From the sequence record CAXNAD020000071.1: 32,000 bases of DNA. The stretch is one strand, 5' to 3'. The notes under the pieces were generated by a model. It made no database searches, had not been told where the DNA came from, and worked only from the letters and a program-made list of their open reading frames with translations. How positions within the stretch are numbered: the first letter of the stretch is position 1; the number at the start of each line of letters is the position of its first letter. The position numbers and the translations under genes were made by a program. Shown here in pieces: positions 10,868-19,615 of the stretch.

Positions 10868-10934
10868 AATGTGTCACTTAATAAGGTCGATTTTATAATA
10901 TATAATATCGGAGGTTCAAATCCTCCTCACATTA
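10868..10934 (+). pseudogene. degenerate tRNA-like element (intact acceptor and T-arm, no canonical D or anticodon arm)
   Basis: Acceptor aatgtgt/tcacatt (6 of 7 pairs) and a canonical T-arm ggagg-ttcaaat-cctcc. The interior, however, folds only into an AT hairpin (gattttа.. /..aatatc type) with no U33 or usable anticodon. Confidence 0.4.
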
Positions 10935-10955
10935 AATGTCTAAATTTATTTAATA

Positions 10956-11027
10956 AGGCCTATAACTCAGGGGTAGAGTATACGCCTGATAAGCGTAAAG
11001 TCAGTAGTTCAAATCTACTTAGGCCTA
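10956..11027 (+). tRNA. trnI(gau): tRNA-Ile, anticodon GAT
   Basis: Acceptor aggccta/taggcct, anticodon arm tacgc-ctGATaa-gcgta, T-arm agtag-ttcaaat-ctact. Confidence 0.92.
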
Positions 11028-11028
11028 C

Positions 11029-11790
11029 ATGTTTGAAAAAAGTATAAAAACTTTAGATTTCTCTCAAATACCTGAATTATTTTGGCCTGGGATTCCTATT
11101 TTTTTAGGAGTATATTTGGTTGGTCACGGTATTCATTTATTGGCTGAGGTTTGTTCAGGTTCTACTCTTAATAATGAGCCTGACAAATCCAGCAATAAAG
11201 ATATCGATAAAAATCCTCAGGAATCCTCCCCTGAGTCATCCCCTGAATTTGACAGTGAGGATGAAGAAGAGAGGCTTATTAGATATTTTGAGCTAAAAAC
11301 CACCCCCGATGAGGAGGAAAGGATTGCAAAATATAATAAGATGATAGAGGAGACGAATCGAGAAATCGATAAACTCCGTCAACAGATTTATACCCAGGAA
11401 CATCCGGACCTGGGCCAAAGTGGTGACGGTGGTGATGATGATAATAATAAATTTAATCTGATTAAATTTATTATTGAAAAAATCACCTCTAATATCGATT
11501 GTTTTTCTGGTATTCTTGTAAATGTGTTGCCTGACTTTATCGTATCTACGATAGGGCTTTTTTTACCTTTACCTTTTGTGTTATGCAAGAAGGTTTTTCT
11601 ATTGTATAGAAAAATGGGTTATTTGATTGTTCGAGCCACAGGTATCGAATTTTATAATGTATTTTTACCTAAATGGACAAAATATGTTATTTTTAAAAAT
11701 AATTTCCCTATTGCATTTCTTTTAGGTAAAGCTGTAATTGGTTTATTCTATTTTGTGCTTGGTTATGGTCTTTTGTATATGTATCTTTGA
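11029..11790 (+). CDS. unassigned ORF (253 aa): hydrophobic termini with an acidic, coiled-coil-like core
   Basis: The ORF fills the trnI-trnK interval exactly, starting 2 nt after trnI. I recognise no family. See findings. Confidence 0.55.
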   Translation: MFEKSIKTLDFSQIPELFWPGIPIFLGVYLVGHGIHLLAEVCSGSTLNNEPDKSSNKDIDKNPQESSPESSPEFDSEDEEERLIRYFELKTTPDEEERIAKYNKMIEETNREIDKLRQQIYTQEHPDLGQSGDGGDDDNNKFNLIKFIIEKITSNIDCFSGILVNVLPDFIVSTIGLFLPLPFVLCKKVFLLYRKMGYLIVRATGIEFYNVFLPKWTKYVIFKNNFPIAFLLGKAVIGLFYFVLGYGLLYMYL

Positions 11791-11815
11791 ATTGGATACT
11801 ACTACATAATTGTTC

Positions 11816-11888
11816 TGTCGTATAGCTCAGTTGGTAGAGCATTGGATTTTTAATCCAGTGGTCCAGGGTTCAAGCCCCTGTATGACTA
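11816..11888 (+). tRNA. trnK(uuu): tRNA-Lys, anticodon TTT
   Basis: D-arm gctc/gagc, anticodon arm ttgga-ttTTTaa-tccag, T-arm caggg-ttcaagc-ccctg. Acceptor tgtcgta/tatgact has a U1-U72 mismatch. Confidence 0.85.
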
Positions 11889-11929
11889 TATAATGTTAAC
11901 CTTAATTAACATTTTTAATTGCTATTTTT

Positions 11930-12208
11930 ATGCCTCAATTTGATCATATTAGTTTTTTTAACCAAGTTTTTTGGTTAGTTATTTTATTTTGTAGTTTTTA
12001 TTTTTGTACAGTATGGTTTAGTCTTCCTTTGTTAGCAAGTAGTTTGAAGGCTCGTCGTAAAAAGGAAGTATTAGAATCAATAATGGTTTTAAATTATAAC
12101 AAAAATTTAAAATATTCTCGTCCTTTATCCAATCATAATAAAGTACGAGTTACAAAGCTTTCAGGTTTTAGTTTATCTGCTAGTTCTGGGTTTTATGTTT
12201 TTTTTTAA
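11930..12208 (+). CDS. atp8: ATP synthase F0 subunit 8
   Basis: MPQFD N-terminus followed by a single TM helix and a basic tail. 92 aa. Confidence 0.8.
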   Translation: MPQFDHISFFNQVFWLVILFCSFYFCTVWFSLPLLASSLKARRKKEVLESIMVLNYNKNLKYSRPLSNHNKVRVTKLSGFSLSASSGFYVFF

Positions 12209-12211
12209 TTA

Positions 12212-12760
12212 ATGTCCGTATATTTTATAAATCATTTAACTACTCTTCTTCCCTTACGCAGTTATTATATCTTCGATAAAGAAATTATTATTATGGTTGA
12301 TAAAAAAGATCTTTTTTATTGTTTATCTTTTTTAAAATACCATACAAATACCCAGTTTAAAATTTTGACTTGTATTTCTGGAGTGGATTATCCTGAAAAA
12401 TATGATCGTTTTGAGATCGTTTACGATTTATTAAGTTTGAGTTTTAATACTCGTATTCGTATTAAAACTCAAACTAAAGAAGTTGAGCCTATTTCTTCTA
12501 TTGTTAGTATTTTTTCTGGAGCAAATTGGTGGGAAAGAGAAATTTGGGATTTATTCGGAGTTTTTTTTTCTTCTCACCCAGATCTTCGTCGTATTCTAAC
12601 AGATTATGGTTTTGAGGGTCATCCAATACGAAAAGATTTTCCATTATCTGGTTATTCTGAACTTAGATATGATGAAGAGCAAAAACTTGTTATTTATGAA
12701 AATTTAGAGCTTGGTCAGGAGTTTCGGGCTTTTAATTTTCATACTCCTTGGTCTAATTAA
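12212..12760 (+). CDS. nad9: NADH dehydrogenase subunit 9
   Basis: [45 protein letters not shown]. Confidence 0.96.
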   Translation: MSVYFINHLTTLLPLRSYYIFDKEIIIMVDKKDLFYCLSFLKYHTNTQFKILTCISGVDYPEKYDRFEIVYDLLSLSFNTRIRIKTQTKEVEPISSIVSIFSGANWWEREIWDLFGVFFSSHPDLRRILTDYGFEGHPIRKDFPLSGYSELRYDEEQKLVIYENLELGQEFRAFNFHTPWSN

Positions 12761-12789
12761 TTGTTATTTAGGGCTTGTTTATAATTTTT

Positions 12790-13947
12790 ATGTCAAGATG
12801 GAATGTTAATACTCTAACAGCGTGGTTTGACTCTCATATTATTGATTATCCCACTGCAATAAATTTAAATTATACTTGGAGTTTTGGTTCAGCTGCTGGC
12901 TTTTGTCTTGCTATTCAAATTTTAAGTGGAACTTTTCTTGCTATACATTATACAGGTGAAATTAATTATGCTTTCTCCAGTGTAGAATACATTATACGTG
13001 ATGTAAATAATGGCTGGTTAATTCGTTATTTACATGCAAATGGAGCATCTTTTTTTTTTATTGTTGTATATTGTCATTTATTTCGTGGTTTATATTATGG
13101 TTCTTTTAATGAACCTCGTCAATTTTTATGGTGGTCTGGTATTGTTATTTTTTTATTGATGATAGCGACTGCTTTTTTGGGTTATGTTTTACCTTGGGGT
13201 CAAATAAGTTTTTGGGGTGTTACTGTAATTACTAATCTCTTTTCCATTATTCCTGTTTATAGTGGGACTTTTGTTATATGGCTTTGGGGTGGTTATACAG
13301 TAGGAAATCCAACTTTAAATCGTTTTTATAGTTTACATTATATTTTACCTTTTGTTATTGCTGGTTTAGTTTTTGTTCATCTGGGTTTATTGCATAAAGA
13401 TGGTTCTAATAATCCAATAGGAATTAAAAATAAATTAGCTAATTTAGATTTTTATCCTTATTTTTATGTTAAAGATTTAGTAGGTTTTTTTGTTTTACTT
13501 GCTTTTTTATCTTTTTTTACTTTTTATATACCTAATTATTTAGGTCATCCAGATAATTATATCCCGGCTGATTCTATTAAAACACCTCTACATATTGTTC
13601 CTGAATGGTATTTTCTTCCTTTTTATGCAGTTTTAAAAGCAATTCCCCATAAAACTGGAGGTATTTTAGCTATAGGTGGTGCAATTTTTATTTTTTTTCT
13701 TATTCCATTTTTAAATCGTCCTGGTATTAGAAGTGGTAATTTTCGTCCTATTTATGAATTTTTTTTTTGTGTTTTTGCCGGTAATTTTTTTATTTTAATT
13801 TGGTCAGGCGCGTGTCCTTCAAATGATGAATTCTTTGAATTATGTAATAGGATTCTTACTGCATTTTATTTTCTTTTCTTTTATATCAGTAATTATACTT
13901 CAGGTATTTGGGAAAAGGATTTTAATCGTATTCTATTAAAAAAATGA
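12790..13947 (+). CDS. cob: apocytochrome b
   Basis: [33 protein letters not shown], and [10 protein letters not shown] motifs. The ATG at 12790 is preferred to the TTG at 12775. Confidence 0.97.
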   Translation: MSRWNVNTLTAWFDSHIIDYPTAINLNYTWSFGSAAGFCLAIQILSGTFLAIHYTGEINYAFSSVEYIIRDVNNGWLIRYLHANGASFFFIVVYCHLFRGLYYGSFNEPRQFLWWSGIVIFLLMIATAFLGYVLPWGQISFWGVTVITNLFSIIPVYSGTFVIWLWGGYTVGNPTLNRFYSLHYILPFVIAGLVFVHLGLLHKDGSNNPIGIKNKLANLDFYPYFYVKDLVGFFVLLAFLSFFTFYIPNYLGHPDNYIPADSIKTPLHIVPEWYFLPFYAVLKAIPHKTGGILAIGGAIFIFFLIPFLNRPGIRSGNFRPIYEFFFCVFAGNFFILIWSGACPSNDEFFELCNRILTAFYFLFFYISNYTSGIWEKDFNRILLKK

Positions 13948-14165
13948 AAATAGTGCGTAGTATAACTTTTTTTTCAGATGGAAGTTCTTCTTTTTTAAGT
14001 CGTCCCTATCTCTGTACTTCACTTTTTTTTAATATACAATTACATGATGTAGATAATCATTCATTTTGGTCAGGCCATAAGGTAAAAGATCAAACTCAAG
14101 TTTCTGCTTTTGTTTCTACCTTTTTCGAAGTAAATCGTATTTTGGAAAAAAAAAATTCTTTATAA
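13944..14165 (+). CDS. rpl31: probable ribosomal protein L31 (divergent)
   Basis: A 73-aa ORF coupled to cob by an ATGA overlap. Its C-terminal half, [28 protein letters not shown], matches the L31 pattern L..D.....HPF.TG.......G.V..F. Confidence 0.55.
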   Translation: MKIVRSITFFSDGSSSFLSRPYLCTSLFFNIQLHDVDNHSFWSGHKVKDQTQVSAFVSTFFEVNRILEKKNSL

Positions 14166-14181
14166 TTATAATTTTATACCT

Positions 14182-15081
14182 ATGAAAAAACCCTCAGATT
14201 TAAAACCCCCCTCAAATTCAAAAAAAAAATTAGATTATGATTCTATTGAGGATTATGTTATTGTTTTTACTAGCGCAGTGTGTCTTACAATTTTATATTT
14301 TGAGAATGGTGAAATGGATGCAGCCAACCCTTGGCAGTTAGGTTTTCAAGATCCTGCCACTCCTATTATAGAAGGTATTATTTATTTTAATAACCAATTA
14401 ATATTTCTTATGATTGTTGTTGGTAGTTTTGTTTGTTGGATATTATACCGTGCTTTAACTTTATTTAATAAGGATATTCATCCAACACCTATTATTTTTA
14501 CGCATTCGACTGATTTGGAAGTAGTTTGGACTATTACTCCAGCTTTAATTCTTATAATTATTGGTTTTCCTTCTTTTGCTCTTCTTTATTCTATAGGTGA
14601 GATAATTGATCCTTCTATTACTTTGAAAGTCGTAGGACATCAATGGTATTGGTCTTATGAATATTCAGATTATCTTTCTTGGTCTGATAATAATAAATCT
14701 ATTCTTTTTGATTCTTATCTTATTCCCGAGGAGGATCTTTCTATTCCAAAACCATATGGCCCTAAAGCAAAAGTTGGTACTGTTTTGCGCTTATTAGAAG
14801 TAGATAATCGTGTTATTCTACCTGTTAATACACATATTAGAGTTTTAGTTACATCAGCTGATGTTTTACATTCTTGGGCTGTTCCTAGTTTAGGTGTAAA
14901 AGTTGATTCTTGTCCTGGTAGATTAAATCAGATTTGTCTTTTTTTAAAACGTAAGTCAGTTTTTTATGGTCAATGTAGTGAAATTTGTGGAGTTAATCAT
15001 GGTTTTATACCTATTGTGGTTCAATCAGTTAGTATGGAAAATTATATTAGTTGGATTGGGAAAAGATTAAAAGAAGATTAA
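14182..15081 (+). CDS. cox2: cytochrome c oxidase subunit 2
   Basis: [23 protein letters not shown], and the CuA site [18 protein letters not shown]....[13 protein letters not shown]. There is an N-terminal extension of about 45 aa containing a hydrophobic segment. Confidence 0.96.
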   Translation: MKKPSDLKPPSNSKKKLDYDSIEDYVIVFTSAVCLTILYFENGEMDAANPWQLGFQDPATPIIEGIIYFNNQLIFLMIVVGSFVCWILYRALTLFNKDIHPTPIIFTHSTDLEVVWTITPALILIIIGFPSFALLYSIGEIIDPSITLKVVGHQWYWSYEYSDYLSWSDNNKSILFDSYLIPEEDLSIPKPYGPKAKVGTVLRLLEVDNRVILPVNTHIRVLVTSADVLHSWAVPSLGVKVDSCPGRLNQICLFLKRKSVFYGQCSEICGVNHGFIPIVVQSVSMENYISWIGKRLKED

Positions 15082-16523
15082 TGTCAATTTTATCTTTTCT
15101 TTTAATCTTTTTATTTTTTGGTCTAGTAATTCTAAGTTTTATTCCATCAACCCAAAAAATATTACTTAAACAATTTGCTTTAAGTATTTCTTCATTAGCT
15201 TTTGTATTATCTTTATTACTTTGGGTTAAATTTGATCAATCGACTTCAGATTTTCAATTTGTAATTGAATCTTTATGGTTACCTATATTGAATATTAATT
15301 TTATTTTAGGAGTTGATGGAATTTCTCTTTTTTTTATTCTACTTACAACTTTAATTTTTCCAATTTGTTTTTTAGCTTCTTGGTCTTCTATTAAAACAGA
15401 TTTAAAATCTTATTTGATTTGTTTTTTAAGTATAGAAATTATTTTAATTTTAGTTTTTACTAGTTTGGATCTTTTACTTTTTTATATTTTTTTTGAAACT
15501 GTTTTGATTCCTATATTTTTAGTTATTGGGTTATGGGGTTCACGTCAGCGTAAAGTTCGTGCTGCTTATTTTTTCTTTCTTTATACATTATTAGGTTCTT
15601 TATTTATATTATTAGGTGTTGTTTATATTTATCATTTTGTTGGAACAACAAATTATGAAGTTTTGTTAAGTTTAGATATTACTATATCTGATCAGTGTTG
15701 GTTATGGCTTGCTTTTTTTGCTTCTTTTGCTACAAAAGTCCCTATACTTCCCGTTCATATTTGGCTTCCTGAAGCTCATGTAGAAGCTCCTACGGCAGGT
15801 TCTGTTATTTTAGCAGGAATTCTTTTAAAATTAGGTACATATGGCTTTTTACGCTTCTCATTAGCCTTATTTCCTTTGGCTACTATTTATTTTACTCCTT
15901 TAGTATTTAGTATTAGTCTTTTAGGTGTTGTTTATACTTCTTTAACGGCAATTCGCCAAACTGATCTTAAACGTTTAATTGCTTATACTTCGGTAGCACA
16001 TATAAATTTGGTAATAATTGGTTTATTCACAGCAGGGGGTTTGGGTATTGAAGCAGGAATTATTCAGTCATTAAGTCATGGTTTTGTTTCTTCTGCTCTT
16101 TTTTTAGCTATTGGTGTTGTTTATGATCGTTGGCATACTAGAGTAGTTCAATACTACGGAGGATTGGTTCATACAATACCTATTTTTATTATTATTTTTT
16201 TATTTTTTACTATAGCGAATTTAGGGTTACCCGGAACTAGTAGTTTTGTTGGAGAATTTCTTATTTTGATTTCAGCTTTTCAGGCTAATACTTTAGCCTG
16301 TTTTTTAGGGGCAACTTCTATAATTTTTAGTGGTGCATATTCCTTATGGTTATTCAATCGTATAGCTTATGGGAATTTAAAAATAGCAGGTTTTGATCTT
16401 AATTTACGTGAATTTCTTACTTTTTTACCTTTAATTATAGGAACTTTAGTTATGGGTATTTATCCAAATCCTTTTATTCAGCCTATTCACGCTAGTATTA
16501 ATCATTTAGTAGCCGGTTTTTAA
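15081..16523 (+). CDS. nad4: NADH dehydrogenase subunit 4
   Basis: nad4 motifs (KVP..PVHIWLPEAHVEAPTAGSVILAG.LLKLG.YG, LKRLIAYTSVAH). The ATG at 15081 shares one nucleotide with the cox2 stop (TAATG). Confidence 0.96.
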   Translation: MSILSFLLIFLFFGLVILSFIPSTQKILLKQFALSISSLAFVLSLLLWVKFDQSTSDFQFVIESLWLPILNINFILGVDGISLFFILLTTLIFPICFLASWSSIKTDLKSYLICFLSIEIILILVFTSLDLLLFYIFFETVLIPIFLVIGLWGSRQRKVRAAYFFFLYTLLGSLFILLGVVYIYHFVGTTNYEVLLSLDITISDQCWLWLAFFASFATKVPILPVHIWLPEAHVEAPTAGSVILAGILLKLGTYGFLRFSLALFPLATIYFTPLVFSISLLGVVYTSLTAIRQTDLKRLIAYTSVAHINLVIIGLFTAGGLGIEAGIIQSLSHGFVSSALFLAIGVVYDRWHTRVVQYYGGLVHTIPIFIIIFLFFTIANLGLPGTSSFVGEFLILISAFQANTLACFLGATSIIFSGAYSLWLFNRIAYGNLKIAGFDLNLREFLTFLPLIIGTLVMGIYPNPFIQPIHASINHLVAGF

Positions 16524-16562
16524 TTATTATATAATGATATAATTTGGCTTTTAAATGGTTGG

Positions 16563-16634
16563 GTTCTTTTCGTCTAGCGGTTAGGACATTGCTCTTTCAC
16601 GGCAAAGACGCGGGTTCAACTCCCGTAGAGAACA
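16563..16634 (+). tRNA. trnE(uuc): tRNA-Glu, anticodon TTC
   Basis: Acceptor gttcttt/agagaac, anticodon arm ttgct-ctTTCac-ggcaa, T-arm gcggg-ttcaact-cccgt. Confidence 0.88.
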
Positions 16635-16642
16635 CTTCCTAC

Positions 16643-18622
16643 ATGTATTTAAATATTGTTTTTTTACCGTTATTAGGTTCCATCGCAACAGGTTTTTTTG
16701 GCCGTTTTTTAGGTGGAAAGGGAGCGAGTCTTGTGAGTACATTTTGTGTGGGTTTAAGTTTTTGTTTAAGTGGTATTGTTTTTTATGAAGTTGGTTTAGC
16801 TGGTAGTGCATGTTATATTCGTCTTATAACTTGGCTAGACGTAGATATTTTTCATGCTGATTGGGGGTTTTGTTTTGATAGTTTAACTGTAGTAATACTA
16901 TTAGTTGTTACTTTTGTTTCTACTTTAGTACATTTATATTCTACGGAATATATAAGAGAGGATCCACATATTTCCAGATTTTTGTCTTATCTTTCTCTTT
17001 TTACTTTTTTTATATTAATTTTGGTTACAGCAGATAATTTTATTCAAATATTTGTTGGATGGGAAGGTGTGGGTCTTTGTTCTTATCTTTTGATTAATTT
17101 TTGGTTTACTAGGATTCAAGCGAATAAAGCTGCTATTAAAGCTATATTGGTAAATCGTGTAGGTGATTTTGGTTTAGCTTTAGGTATTTTTGCTATTTTT
17201 TATTCTTTTGGAGCGGTGGATTATTCTACTGTTTTTGCATTAGTACCACAATTCGTTGATTTTACTTTATGTTTTATTCTTATCGAATTTAATGCTTTAA
17301 CTTTTATTTGTATTTTTCTTTTTGTAGGAGCTATTGGTAAATCAGCTCAATTAGGTCTACACACATGGTTACCCGATGCCATGGAGGGTCCTACTCCAGT
17401 TTCTGCTCTTATTCATGCTGCTACTATGGTAACAGCAGGTGTTTTCCTTTTGGTTCGTTGTTCTCCTTTATTAGAATTTGCTCCAACTGTTCTATCGGTT
17501 ATTAGTATTATTGGTGCTTTAACTGCTTTTTTTGCTGCTACAACAGCAATTGTACAAAATGATTTAAAGCGTGTTATTGCTTATTCTACTTGTAGCCAAC
17601 TTGGTTATATGGTTTTCGCTTGTGGTTTATCTAATTATTCAGTTGCTGTATTCCATTTAGCAAATCATGCTTTTTTTAAAGCACTTCTATTTTTAGGAGC
17701 TGGTTCTGTTATTCATGCTATAGGTGATGAACAAGATATAAGAAAAATAGGTGGTCTACGTAGGATTTTACCTTTTACTTATGCTATAATATTAATTGGT
17801 TCTCTTTCTTTAATAGGAATACCATTTCTTACAGGATTTTATTCTAAAGATCTTATCTTAGAAGTAGCATATGCTAATTATAGTTTAGTTTCTCACTTTT
17901 CTTATTGGTGTGGTGTTTTAGCGGCTTCTTGTACTGCTTTTTATTCTATTCGTTTAATTAGTCTTTGTTTTCTTTCAAAACCAAATGGAAATCGTTTAAT
18001 TTTATTATCAGCCTCTGAAAGTAGTTGGCCTATTGCTACTTCTTTAGGTATTTTAGCTATTCCTAGTATTTTTATTGGCTATATTGGCCGTGATCTTTTT
18101 GTAGGTTTAGGTACCAATTTTTGGTCAAATGCTATTTTTAATTTACCAACTACCATTAGTGCTCTAGATTTTGAATTCATACCTATTTTTTTTAAAATTT
18201 TGCCATTATTTTTTAGTATAACTGCAGGTATTTTATCTTTTATTTTTTACATTTATTATAATCATTTATTGTTTTCTTGTAAGATATCTTTTTCTGGAAG
18301 GAAATTATATACTTTTTTAAATCGTAAATGGTTTTTTGATAAAGTTTATAACGATATTATTGGTCAAAAAATTTTAAATTTTGGATATCATTTTACGTAT
18401 AAAGCTATTGATAGGGGTTTAATTGAAAGTTTAGGTCCTTATGGGTTAATAACAGTAATTTTAGGTCAAGTTAACAAAACACGAAATTGGCATTCTGGTA
18501 TTTTATATCATTATTCTCTTGTTATAATTTTTGGTATTTTCTTTTTATATGAGTCTTTTCAATTTATTTCTGAACTTAAATTTAATATTTTTTTAATTTT
18601 TGTTAGTTTAGCTTTATTTTAA
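16643..18622 (+). CDS. nad5: NADH dehydrogenase subunit 5
   Basis: GWEGVGLCSYLLINFW, KSAQLGLHTWLPDAMEGPTPVSALIHAATMVTAG, and LKRVIAYSTCSQLGYM. The track ORF start at 16544 reads through trnE; the ATG at 16643 (MYLNIVFLPLLGS) is the plausible start. Confidence 0.96.
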   Translation: MYLNIVFLPLLGSIATGFFGRFLGGKGASLVSTFCVGLSFCLSGIVFYEVGLAGSACYIRLITWLDVDIFHADWGFCFDSLTVVILLVVTFVSTLVHLYSTEYIREDPHISRFLSYLSLFTFFILILVTADNFIQIFVGWEGVGLCSYLLINFWFTRIQANKAAIKAILVNRVGDFGLALGIFAIFYSFGAVDYSTVFALVPQFVDFTLCFILIEFNALTFICIFLFVGAIGKSAQLGLHTWLPDAMEGPTPVSALIHAATMVTAGVFLLVRCSPLLEFAPTVLSVISIIGALTAFFAATTAIVQNDLKRVIAYSTCSQLGYMVFACGLSNYSVAVFHLANHAFFKALLFLGAGSVIHAIGDEQDIRKIGGLRRILPFTYAIILIGSLSLIGIPFLTGFYSKDLILEVAYANYSLVSHFSYWCGVLAASCTAFYSIRLISLCFLSKPNGNRLILLSASESSWPIATSLGILAIPSIFIGYIGRDLFVGLGTNFWSNAIFNLPTTISALDFEFIPIFFKILPLFFSITAGILSFIFYIYYNHLLFSCKISFSGRKLYTFLNRKWFFDKVYNDIIGQKILNFGYHFTYKAIDRGLIESLGPYGLITVILGQVNKTRNWHSGILYHYSLVIIFGIFFLYESFQFISELKFNIFLIFVSLALF

Positions 18623-18626
18623 TTTA
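18603..18626 (+). repeat. 24-nt direct repeat, copy 1 (last codons and stop of nad5)
   Basis: The sequence ttagtttagctttattttaattta recurs exactly at 18723-18746. Confidence 0.9.
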
Positions 18627-18722
18627 TTTTTATTATGTCGTTGTATTATGAATATTCCTAAAATTTTAACATTTTCTTTCGTTGTATTTCTTTTTATTTG
18701 TAATTTTTCATAATCTAACCTA

Positions 18723-18746
18723 TTAGTTTAGCTTTATTTTAATTTA
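18723..18746 (+). repeat. 24-nt direct repeat, copy 2 (immediately upstream of nad6)
   Basis: An exact copy of 18603-18626. The sub-motif tttagcttta occurs a third time at 18743-18752. Confidence 0.9.
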
Positions 18747-18754
18747 GCTTTACT

Positions 18755-19615
18755 ATGGTGTTAGATTATGTATATTTTTCAATTTTTGGGTCATTAATTT
18801 TAGGTTTATCCTTGAAGGTAGTAACAACTCAGAATCCTGTTTATTCTGTACTTTATTTGGTTTTAGTTTTTATTCTAAGTTCCATTTTTGTACTTAGTTT
18901 AGGGCTAGACTTTATAGCTTTGTTTTTTGTTTTAGTTTATGTTGGTGCTATTGCGGTTCTTTTTTTGTTTGTTGTTATAATATTAGATATTAAATTAGTA
19001 GAGTATCCTACACCTATTACATTTATTTTATTTTTTTTGTTAATTTTAGCTATATATATATCTAATTTTGGTTTTTTTAGATTAGGACAAATTTTAAATA
19101 ATTATCCTGGATTTTATTCTTGGATTTTTGAAATTCCTAATTTATATATGGATTTCAAATATAAAGAATATCATATACCAAGAACTTATAGTCATTGTTT
19201 AGCTCTTAAATTTGATAATACTATGGATTATTGGTCATGTTTGTTTGCACTTGACTTTAAATTTCTTAAAATAAATTTTTGGTTAAATTCATTAGATTTT
19301 ACAACTTCAGCAAAAAATTTAGGTCATGTCTTATATACTTACCATATAATTTTATTTATTATTGGTGGAATTATTTTATTAATCTCAATAGTAGGAGCTA
19401 TTTCTTTAAGTCTTCAAGTTAATAAAACGGAATCTTTGACACGTCAACTTGGTCGTCAACCCAATAATGCGATTTTTCTTACAGTATCTAGTAAAACTAA
19501 AATAGATATTTTAACTTTTCGTGATTTAGAGGTATGGCCACCTATATCCTCTGATACAAAAGAAAATTCTTATTTTTCAAGTAAAGAATATTTAAAAAAT
19601 GAGAATTTTTATTAA
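18755..19615 (+). CDS. nad6: NADH dehydrogenase subunit 6
   Basis: Conserved N-terminal TM region (NPVYSVLYLVLVF....GLDF.AL.F.LVYVGAIAVLFLFV) and C-terminal TM (LG..LYT.....F...G.ILL....GAI.L). There is a long variable middle section and a tail of about 45 aa that overlaps nad11 by 17 nt. Confidence 0.88.
   Translation: MVLDYVYFSIFGSLILGLSLKVVTTQNPVYSVLYLVLVFILSSIFVLSLGLDFIALFFVLVYVGAIAVLFLFVVIILDIKLVEYPTPITFILFFLLILAIYISNFGFFRLGQILNNYPGFYSWIFEIPNLYMDFKYKEYHIPRTYSHCLALKFDNTMDYWSCLFALDFKFLKINFWLNSLDFTTSAKNLGHVLYTYHIILFIIGGIILLISIVGAISLSLQVNKTESLTRQLGRQPNNAIFLTVSSKTKIDILTFRDLEVWPPISSDTKENSYFSSKEYLKNENFY

Noticed and set aside
11388-11588. A 66-aa ORF antisense to orf253.
   Set aside because: It is short and has no recognisable motif. 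It lies within the GC-richer core, where stop codons are rarer by composition.
16544-16642. An N-terminal extension of the nad5 ORF (track start 16544), with an antisense 76-aa ORF at 16581-16811.
   Set aside because: The extension is a read-through of trnE(uuc). The conserved nad5 N-terminus starts at ATG 16643.
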